Shown one piece after another: positions 32,170-40,578 of a stretch of 64,000 nt of DNA. Source of the stretch: Nitrosopumilus sp. (lineage in GTDB: Archaea > Thermoproteota > Nitrososphaeria > Nitrososphaerales > Nitrosopumilaceae); contig OZ241981.1 in assembly GCA_965204345.1 (NCBI GenBank), positions 96,001-160,000 of the forward strand, read 5' to 3'. Positions within the stretch are counted from its first letter, which is position 1; each line of letters begins with the position of its first letter. A program made the translations under genes and the position numbers. The notes under the pieces were generated by a model. The model did not search any database, was not told where the DNA came from, and saw only the letters and a program-made list of their open reading frames with translations.

Positions 32170-32388
32170 TCAGCTCTGATTCTTTTTTTGAGTTCTTTTC
32201 CTATCTCTACAAATCCCGCAAAGATACTCTTTTTTAAAATCTTCCAACTCCTTTTTGAATTCCTTTGTTTCATAGAATTTTTTTGATGTTTTTAGCCCTC
32301 CTGGGACTTTTTTCTTGCAATTTGTACAACAGATATCCGAATCAAATCTTTGTACTTTATCATTTTTGTTGATTTTTCCTATAATCAT
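32170..32388 (-). CDS. small zinc-ribbon hypothetical protein
   Basis: CTNC...CGIC, 72 aa. Confidence 0.75.
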   Translation of the reverse strand: MIIGKINKNDKVQRFDSDICCTNCKKKVPGGLKTSKKFYETKEFKKELEDFKKEYLCGICRDRKRTQKKNQS

Positions 32389-32464
32389 ATCAGAATTCCT
32401 ACCCTATTTTGATATAAACAATGACTAGAACTCATGAATATTATATTGAAAAGCTAATGTATCT

Positions 32465-33385
32465 TTGATGCTTTCTGTATGGCTTAGGGTAATTCGGGTT
32501 AGATTTCTTTTAGCTTCTGTAATTGCAGTCTCTGTCGGCTTGTCATTAAATTGGTGGCAAAACTTGTCCATTGAACCATTTGATGCCGTTTTAACGTTTG
32601 CAGGAGTAATGGCACTTCATGCAAGCGTTGATCTGTTAAATGATTTTTGGGATTTTAAGCGGGGAATTGATACAAAAACTACTAGAACTAAAATGAGTGG
32701 AGGAACCGGCGTTCTGCCAGAGGGCCTGCTCAGGCCCTCTTCTGTATACCGTGCAGGGATTGCATTTTTGATTATCGGCTCAATAATTGGGGGATATTTT
32801 GTAATTACTGATGGCATTACAATTGCAATAATCTTGGGGTTTGCAATTTTATCCATCTATTTTTATTCTACAAAAATCGTTGATTCTGGGCTGGGTGAAT
32901 TTTTTGTTGCTGTAAAAGGCGCAATGATTGTTATTGGAACTTTTTTTATTCAATTTGGGGCAGTTTCAATAGAATCCATTCTTTCTGGCATTGTTGTTGG
33001 TTCACTGTCTTCTCTGGTTCTTTTTATTGCATCTTTTCCAGATCATGATGCTGATAAATCCAAAGGTAGGAAAACCCTGGTCATCTCAGTCGGAAAAGAA
33101 AAAGCTGCAAAATTATTTTGGATTTTCCCACTGGTTTCTTACCTGTCTATTATTGTGGGCGTATACACAAATCTGTTTCCTGCATATTCCTTGATCAGTC
33201 TCCTTAGCTTGCCCTTGATGATAAAATCTGGATTGGGACTGATGAAAAATTATGACTCTGTAAAGGATCTTGTTCCGTACATGTCTTCTACTTTGATGTT
33301 TGGACGAGCTACTGGGATTTTGTTTGTTGCTGGATTTTTCATTGATTTTTATGCTCTAGACATAAATTTGGCAAGTGGTGGATAA
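32465..33385 (+). CDS. menA: UbiA-family prenyltransferase (MenA-like)
   Basis: NDFWDFKRGID, DHDADKSKGRKTL, multiple TM helices. Confidence 0.82.
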   Translation: MMLSVWLRVIRVRFLLASVIAVSVGLSLNWWQNLSIEPFDAVLTFAGVMALHASVDLLNDFWDFKRGIDTKTTRTKMSGGTGVLPEGLLRPSSVYRAGIAFLIIGSIIGGYFVITDGITIAIILGFAILSIYFYSTKIVDSGLGEFFVAVKGAMIVIGTFFIQFGAVSIESILSGIVVGSLSSLVLFIASFPDHDADKSKGRKTLVISVGKEKAAKLFWIFPLVSYLSIIVGVYTNLFPAYSLISLLSLPLMIKSGLGLMKNYDSVKDLVPYMSSTLMFGRATGILFVAGFFIDFYALDINLASGG

Positions 33386-34490
33386 TGTCATGATTTTAGG
33401 AAATGCCACTGGAGAAGGAACTGAAAAATTTGCCCAAAGCTCAGGCGTAAATCCATCCAACTTTAAGAAATTTGAAAATCTGACTTTATCCAATGTTGGA
33501 ATGGGGACATATCTTGGTGATCCTGATGCCAAAACCGACGAATTAGTTACGCATGCTGTTAAACAAACGATTTCTTCTGGTGTTAATGTTATAGACACTG
33601 CGATAAATTATAGGGCACAAAAAGCAGAACGTTCGGTTGGAAAAGCAATCTCTGAACTAATTGAGGAAAACAAAATATCTCGTGATCAAATTTTTCTAAG
33701 CTCAAAAAATGGCTATGTCACAAATGATGCTGATATTCAACTTGGTTTTTGGGAATATGTCAAAGAAGAATACTCCCAAAAAGGCGTTATCAAAGAGGGA
33801 GATGTTACATCTGGTTATCATTGCATGACTCTTGCATATCTGTCTGATCAGCTGGATAGAAGCTTGAAAAATTTGGATATTGAATGTCTTGATTTAATGT
33901 ATCTTCACAATGCTGTTGAGGGACAAATCAATGATGTTTCCAAAGGGCAATTTTTAGAGAATCTGAAACTTGTTTTTGAATTCTATGAGCAAAAGCGTGA
34001 CGAAGGAAAAATCAAATTTTATGGATTGGCAACTTGGGAATGTTTTAGAGTCAAAAAAGACAGTCCTCAGTACCTCTCACTTGAAGATACTGTTAAGATG
34101 GCTCAAAAAATCGGCGGCAAAAACCATGGATTTAAATTTATTCAGTTGCCTTATAACATGAATTATGACCAAGCATTGCTGATGAAAAATCAACTGCTAG
34201 CAGCTAACAGCGTGTCTGTTTTAGAGGCATCTGTGAAACTAGGCATTGGTGTTTTTACTAGCGTTCCTTTCATGCAGGGAAGACTGCTGTCTCCTGGGGT
34301 GATGCCTGAGTTCAATGATATGAAGCCATCTCTTCGTGCATTACAGTTTCTTCGTTCATCTCCCGGCGTTTTGTCTCCCCTGGTTGGCCAAAAATCTGCC
34401 GAACATGTCTCAGAAAATCTTGAAATCATGAATATTCCTCCCCTGCAGGAAGATGAATTTCTTGCATTAGTTAAGAAACTAACTTCTTGA
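33375..34490 (+). CDS. aldo/keto reductase
   Basis: GMGT, GVNVIDTAINY, SSK, DLMYLHN, IQLPYN. Confidence 0.9.
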   Translation: MVDNVMILGNATGEGTEKFAQSSGVNPSNFKKFENLTLSNVGMGTYLGDPDAKTDELVTHAVKQTISSGVNVIDTAINYRAQKAERSVGKAISELIEENKISRDQIFLSSKNGYVTNDADIQLGFWEYVKEEYSQKGVIKEGDVTSGYHCMTLAYLSDQLDRSLKNLDIECLDLMYLHNAVEGQINDVSKGQFLENLKLVFEFYEQKRDEGKIKFYGLATWECFRVKKDSPQYLSLEDTVKMAQKIGGKNHGFKFIQLPYNMNYDQALLMKNQLLAANSVSVLEASVKLGIGVFTSVPFMQGRLLSPGVMPEFNDMKPSLRALQFLRSSPGVLSPLVGQKSAEHVSENLEIMNIPPLQEDEFLALVKKLTS

Positions 34491-34552
34491 TGATTTCAAG
34501 CCTTGCTGTTGTAGAAAGATAATAAATGAGTAGTATTTAGAATGGTAGTATA

Positions 34553-34918
34553 TTGCCTGACAAAATCTATGACTATTCAAAAATCTGTGAATCTGTATTT
34601 TCCATAGATCCTAAAATTCGATTTGCAGGCGTGATTAACGAGCGTGGTCGTTTGGTTGCAGGTGGAATGAAAGAAAACGTTGAACCGCTAGAAAACGAAA
34701 AGGATGATGAAATGATCTTCATGGAGCTTGCATTACGTGTAAAAATGCGTAAGGAATTTGATAAGCAACTGGGACAAGTCAATTTTGCAATGGCTTCTAG
34801 AGAACGTGCACTTGCAATCAGTGTCTTAATCAATAATGACATTCTGTATGTTGTGTCTGAACCTGACTCTGATTATGGCATACTGCCTAAGAAAATCATT
34901 GACATAGTCCACTCTTAA
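34553..34918 (+). CDS. DUF6659-like (roadblock/profilin-like) protein
   Basis: IDPKIRFAGVINERGRLVAGG...LRVKMRKEFDKQLG. Confidence 0.82.
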   Translation: MPDKIYDYSKICESVFSIDPKIRFAGVINERGRLVAGGMKENVEPLENEKDDEMIFMELALRVKMRKEFDKQLGQVNFAMASRERALAISVLINNDILYVVSEPDSDYGILPKKIIDIVHS

Positions 34919-35338
34919 TCTTAATTTTATTTCTGTTTCTGGGACTGTTTGCTAACGCATATGTTATTTTGTATGTGGTGTATTACATGCATATGACAGC
35001 AATTACATGAATAAAACATGATGTAATATTGATCCTGAGATTTTTTCTGCTGTGTGTTAAAAAATAAAGGCTCCATCTCTCTGTATTTCCAACTGGGGGT
35101 TCATGTGCAAATGTTAATTTTTATAATCAGACTCTGGATTGTTAATTTTCATAGCCAAGTCTCAAATATGCTTCTAGTCTGCTTGGCCAATTGTGTCAAT
35201 AGATGAGCCAATTGTATGCATTTTTTGGCGCATTTTTCATATTTATTCTCAAAATTGATTTTGCGTTTCCTTTGGCTTTGGAAAACAACAACATTTGATA
35301 GCACTTCTAATATAGTATGCCAAAAAACCAACAAACCA

Positions 35339-36612
35339 ATGCGGATTCTGCTTGCCATATCCATTGTATCACTTTTTGGAGTTGCCAGTGCATATGCTGA
35401 GATTGCCTCCCCCTATGAGCAGCTAAAATCCGGCGTGTCACTATATGAAATCCAGTGTGAGTATCAAAAGATTCTACTGGAATCTCCTAGGAACAACAAG
35501 CCGGTATGTGTGAAAAGTGATACGGCAGACATACTGGTAGAGCGGGGCTGGTTCATGATAAAAATATTTGATGAGATGCCAACTGCTGAGTTACCAGTTG
35601 ATGAGCTGCATATAGAAACTACCATCAACCAGACAGAGGGCAGCTCATATGCTGTCTCTGATCCTGTACAGACAGAGACATACTATCCTCATCTAGGAGA
35701 CCCGTATGTTATGTCATTCTATGGTACTACGACCGCATAGATCTATCTGGAATCAAACCACTTCCTGAAGGTGTCTACCTTCCCACAACCATAGAAAACT
35801 ATGAGCGCATCATGCAAAAAATACTTGATGGTATAGACGACAAACTGATACTTCCAAATCTGGAAGGTCCAAGATATGACTATGTTATTGACAACACCTT
35901 GCATGGGGGTACAATACTAGGAGAACGGCTGAACTACACATACTATACAGAACAAGGAAACATTATCAGGCCATATGGCAATACTAAAATAGAATTGATA
36001 ATATTAGAACCTGATAAAATATTCAGGTCAGATTATTTGGATGAAAAATGGCACGAATATGACTCCCTTGACCGAAAGGATGAGCTTGCATTTGCCAAAA
36101 ATCTAACGGCAGGTCCAGAAAAATTTATACAAAACTTTGTGGAAAAATCAGGACTGCCAAGTATAGTAATGACGCAGCATGATTTTGACAATTCATTGAT
36201 ATATCTTGAAAATGGTACAATAGAAATGCGAATGGAATGGGATAATGTGTACATGTATTTTCTGTATCAGGAAGAACCTCACTTTACTCCGCTGTCAAAA
36301 GATACGATGCGTCAATTAATGCATCAGTTTGCTATTGATAATGCACATGTAATAGATCGAGAAGAGTGTGATGGCTTTGTCCTATACGATAACAAGGATG
36401 ATATCAGAATAGTTAGGTTTAGCTACTTTCTAGCAGGAATTCCCATATATCAAGCAGATGTGGGAATTTGTGATCCAACTTGGAATCATCCTACAAATGC
36501 CTTATCTATTAGTATGGAGGGCATTACAGGAGAGATTGGCTGGTTTTCTGGCCCAAAAATAGATGACTGGATTGACAAGATAAACATTCCAGAACATGCC
36601 AAGGTAAGATAA
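35339..36612 (+). pseudogene. variable secreted protein A, copy 1 (frameshifted near 35735)
   Basis: ORFs 35216-35740 and 35812-36612 are the N- and C-terminal parts of the 423/425-aa paralogs; one base is missing before ATAGATCTATCTGG. Confidence 0.85.
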
Positions 36613-36728
36613 AACAGATGTGAATATTGTACATTACACCTCAAAAAGCAAAGCTTGATCATCCATATATGGCCAAAAGCAGACTCTCAGGATACAAATT
36701 TTGATATACTACTCCTTTTGGACAAAGT

Positions 36729-37241
36729 GTGATGGCTAATTTGCTTGCTCTGCTGCTAGCAGTCTTTGCAGTTATGGGAATTGGGCACGCATATGCACAG
36801 ACATCTGAACTGTTTGTACCCTTGCCAGATAGTGAGCTAGAATCACTTGATGTTTTTGAGGGCTATAATTTTGAATCAATGATGGTAGCAATAGATACGC
36901 AAATTTTCTCATCAGAACATCTAAGCATTACAATATTTGGCGAATCAACAACCTTCACAAAAGACTCTGTGGAGTATTATGAAGATGGCAACTATCTGTG
37001 GATAGGTTCCAATGATGATCAAGAGACAGCAATGTTTGAAATAAGCGGTACAAAAGCAGTGGGAGTAATAGACACATTAAACAAAACGTTTCAGGTGTTT
37101 CCTGTAGAGGCCACAACACATGAAGTGTATCTCATTGATCAGTCCCAGTTTCCACCAGACACTGTTGTACCACCTGGTGCAAGTGGTGAACAATCCTTTG
37201 ACAGAGATGAGACATATCACTTAATAGCACTTCTAATATAG
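36729..37241 (+). CDS. B' copy 1: signal peptide plus metalloprotease-prodomain-like region only
   Basis: Near-identical to aa 1-161 of the 1674-aa protein, then the junction-derived tail TYHLIALLI*. Confidence 0.8.
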   Translation: MMANLLALLLAVFAVMGIGHAYAQTSELFVPLPDSELESLDVFEGYNFESMMVAIDTQIFSSEHLSITIFGESTTFTKDSVEYYEDGNYLWIGSNDDQETAMFEISGTKAVGVIDTLNKTFQVFPVEATTHEVYLIDQSQFPPDTVVPPGASGEQSFDRDETYHLIALLI

Positions 37242-37264
37242 TATGCCAAAAAACCAACAAACCA

Positions 37265-38536
37265 ATGCGGATTCTGCTTGCCATATCCATTGTATCACTT
37301 TTTGGAGTTGCTAATGCATATGCTGAGATTGCCTCCCCATATGAGCAGCTAAAATCCGGCGTGTCACTATATGAAATCCAGTGTGAGTATCAAAAGACTC
37401 TGTTGGAATCTCCTAGGAACAACAGGCCTGTATGTGTAAAAAGTGGTACGGCAGACATACTGGTAGAGCGCGGCTGGTATGTGATAAAAATATTTGATGA
37501 GATGCCAACTGCTGAGCCATCACCTGATACAACTCTGCCTGTAGCAACTACTAGCAACCAGACAGAAAGCAACTCAGATGCTGTCTCTGATCCTGTACAG
37601 ACAGAGACATACTATCCTCACATAGAAAATCCGTATCTTGTTTCACGTAGTAGTCACGGCGCTATAGATCTATCTGGAATCAAACCACTTCCTGAAGGTG
37701 TTCACCTTCCCACAACCATAGAAAACTATGAGCGCATTATGCAAAAAATACTTGATGGCATAGATGACAAACTGATACTTCCAAATTCTGAGGGTCCAAG
37801 ATATGACTATGCTATTGAGGAGTTTCCCGGATATCCAGAAATAGGAAATAAACTGAACTATACATACTATACAGAACAAGGAAACATTATCAGGCCAGAC
37901 GGCACTACTAAAATAGAGCTGATAATATTAGAACCTGATGAAATATTCAGGTCAGATTATTTGGATAAAAAATGGGACGAATATGACTCCCTTGACCAAA
38001 AGGATGAGCTTGCATTTGCCAAAAGTCTAATTGCGGGTCCAGAAGAATTCATACAAAACTTTGTAGAAAAATCAGGACTGCCAAGGATAGTAAAGATGAA
38101 CTCTGATTTTGACCGTTCATCGATATATCTTGAAAATGGTAAAATAGACATGCGAATGCAATGGAATAACGTGTACATGTATTTTCTATATAAGGAAGAA
38201 CCTCACTTTACTCCGCTGTCAAAAGATGCGATGCGTCAATTAATGTATCAGTTTGCTATTGATAATGCACATGTAATAGATCGAGAAAGGTGTGATGGCT
38301 TTGTCCTATACGATAGCAAGGAGGATATCAGAGAAGTTTCAATTATATCCTATCGAGCAGGGATTCCCATATGGGAAGCAGATGTGGGAATTTGTGATCC
38401 AACTTGGAATCATCCTACAAATGCCTTATCTATTAGCATGGAGGGCATTACAGGAGAGATTGGCTGGTTCTCTAATCTTATGATAGATGACTGGCTTGAT
38501 AAGATAAACATTCCAGAGCATGCCAAGGTAAGATAA
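37265..38536 (+). CDS. variable secreted protein A, copy 2 (Cys-pair module, P/T linker, PepSY-like C-terminus)
   Basis: Signal peptide ...ANAYA, SPYEQ...IQC...PVCV...LVERGW, C-terminal PLSK..MRQL...GIPIWEADV...MEGITGEI. Confidence 0.88.
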   Translation: MRILLAISIVSLFGVANAYAEIASPYEQLKSGVSLYEIQCEYQKTLLESPRNNRPVCVKSGTADILVERGWYVIKIFDEMPTAEPSPDTTLPVATTSNQTESNSDAVSDPVQTETYYPHIENPYLVSRSSHGAIDLSGIKPLPEGVHLPTTIENYERIMQKILDGIDDKLILPNSEGPRYDYAIEEFPGYPEIGNKLNYTYYTEQGNIIRPDGTTKIELIILEPDEIFRSDYLDKKWDEYDSLDQKDELAFAKSLIAGPEEFIQNFVEKSGLPRIVKMNSDFDRSSIYLENGKIDMRMQWNNVYMYFLYKEEPHFTPLSKDAMRQLMYQFAIDNAHVIDRERCDGFVLYDSKEDIREVSIISYRAGIPIWEADVGICDPTWNHPTNALSISMEGITGEIGWFSNLMIDDWLDKINIPEHAKVR

Positions 38537-38651
38537 GATAGATATGAATATTGTCATTACGCCTCAAAAAGCAAAACTTGGCCATCCATATATGACCAAA
38601 AACAGATTCTCAGGATGCAAATTTTGATATACTGCCCCTTTTGGACATGGT

Positions 38652-39164
38652 GTGATGGCTAATTTGCTTGCCCTCCTACTAACAATCTTTGCAGTTATGA
38701 GTATCGGACACGCATATGCACAGACATCTGAACTGTTTGTACCCTTGCCAGATAGTGAGCTAGAATCACTTGATGTTTTTGAGGGCTATAATTTTGAATC
38801 AAGGATGGTAGCAATAGATACGCAAATTTTCTCATCAGAACATCTAAGCATTACAATATTTGGAGAATCGACAACCTTCACAAAAGACTCTGTGGAGCAT
38901 TATGAAGATGGCAACTATCTGTGGAAAGGTTCCAATAATGATGAAGAGACTGCAATGTTTGAAATAAGCGGTACAAAGGCAGTGGGAATAATAGACACAT
39001 TAAACAAAACATTCCAGGTGTTTCCTGTAGAGGCCACAACACATGAAGTGTATCTCATTGATCATTCCCAGTTTCCACCAGACGCGGTTGTACCACCTGG
39101 TGCAAGTGGTGAGCAATCCTTTGACAGAGATGAGACATATCACTTAATAGCACTTCTAATATAG
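38652..39164 (+). CDS. B' copy 2: signal peptide plus metalloprotease-prodomain-like region only
   Basis: Same length (170 aa) and same junction as 36729-37241, with scattered substitutions. Confidence 0.8.
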   Translation: MMANLLALLLTIFAVMSIGHAYAQTSELFVPLPDSELESLDVFEGYNFESRMVAIDTQIFSSEHLSITIFGESTTFTKDSVEHYEDGNYLWKGSNNDEETAMFEISGTKAVGIIDTLNKTFQVFPVEATTHEVYLIDHSQFPPDAVVPPGASGEQSFDRDETYHLIALLI

Positions 39165-39187
39165 TATGCCAAAAAACCAACAAACCA

Positions 39188-40465
39188 ATGCGGATTCTGC
39201 TTGCCATATCCATTGTATCACTTTTTGGAGTTGCCAATGCATATGCTGAGATTGCCTCCCCCTATGAGCAGCTAAAATCTGGCGTACCACTCTATGAAAT
39301 CCAGTGTGAGTATCAAAAGATTCTGCTGGAATCTCCTAGGAACAACAAGCCTGTATGTGTGAAAAGTGATACGGCAGACATACTGGTAGAGCGCGGCTGG
39401 CATATGATAAAAATATTTGATGAGCTGCCATCTGCTGAGCCATCACCTGATACAACTCTGCCTGTAGCAACTACTGGCAACCAGACAGAAAGCAACTCGG
39501 ATGCTGTCTCTGATCCTATACCGACAAATACATACTATACTGACCTAGGAGACCCGTATGTTATTTCATTCGGTACTACTTCCTATGGCATAGATCTATC
39601 TGGAATCAAACCACTTCCTGAAGGTGTCTACCTTCCCACAACCATAGAAAACTATGAACGCATCATGCAGAAAATACTTGATGGCATAGACGACAAACTA
39701 ATACTTCCAAATTCTGAAGGTCCAAGATATGACTATACTCTTCAACCCCTTCCTGGAGGTCGCGAAGTAGGAAAACGGCTGAACTATACATACTATACAG
39801 AACAAGGAAACATTATCAGGCCAGACGGCGCTACTAAAATAGAGCTGATAATATTAGAACCTGATGAAATATTCAGCTCAGATTATTTGGATAAAAAATG
39901 GGACGAATTTGACTCCCTTGACCAAAAGGATGAGCTTGCATTTGCCAAAAATCTAATAGCAGGTCGAGAAAAATTCCTGCAAAACTTTGTAGAAAAATCA
40001 GAACTACCAAGAATAGTAAATACGAACCATCTGCAGGTGGAATCACTGGCGTATCTTGAAAATGGTCAAATAGAAATGCTAATGCAATGGGGTAATGTGT
40101 ACATGTATTTTACATATAAGGAAAACCCTGACTTTTTACCGTTGTCAAAAAATACGATGCGTCAACTAATGCATCAGTTTGCTATTGATAATGCACACGT
40201 AATAGATCGAGAATGGTGTGATGACCTTGTCATATACGATAGCAAGGATGATGTCAAAAAAATTGGAGTTATCTACTTCCAAGCAGGGATTCCAATATGG
40301 GATGCAGCTGTGGGAACATGTGATCCAATTTTGAATCGTTCTGCAGATGTCGTATATCTTCACATGGAGGGTATTACAGGAGAGATCGGCTGGTTTGAGG
40401 AGGGGCAAACAGAAGACTGGATTGACAAGATAAACATTCCAGAACATGCCAAGATAAGAAGATAA
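39188..40465 (+). CDS. variable secreted protein A, copy 3
   Basis: 425-aa paralog with the same framework and different variable segments. Confidence 0.88.
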   Translation: MRILLAISIVSLFGVANAYAEIASPYEQLKSGVPLYEIQCEYQKILLESPRNNKPVCVKSDTADILVERGWHMIKIFDELPSAEPSPDTTLPVATTGNQTESNSDAVSDPIPTNTYYTDLGDPYVISFGTTSYGIDLSGIKPLPEGVYLPTTIENYERIMQKILDGIDDKLILPNSEGPRYDYTLQPLPGGREVGKRLNYTYYTEQGNIIRPDGATKIELIILEPDEIFSSDYLDKKWDEFDSLDQKDELAFAKNLIAGREKFLQNFVEKSELPRIVNTNHLQVESLAYLENGQIEMLMQWGNVYMYFTYKENPDFLPLSKNTMRQLMHQFAIDNAHVIDREWCDDLVIYDSKDDVKKIGVIYFQAGIPIWDAAVGTCDPILNRSADVVYLHMEGITGEIGWFEEGQTEDWIDKINIPEHAKIRR

Positions 40466-40578
40466 AACAGATATGAAATTGTCACTACACCTCAAAAAGC
40501 AAAACTTGGCCATCATATATGACCAAAAACAGTTTCTCAGAATGTAAATTTTGATATACTGTCCCTTTTGGACAAGGT

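Noticed and set aside
35216-35338. N-terminal extension of A1 in the ORF track
   Set aside because: Paralogs start at MRILLAIS (ATG 35339); the extension precedes the signal peptide and lies mostly outside the repeat unit
35339-40465. Diversity-generating retroelement as the source of A variation
   Set aside because: No reverse transcriptase or template repeat in the window; the variation includes indels, is spread over several segments and is not visibly adenine-restricted (a remote DGR cannot be fully excluded)
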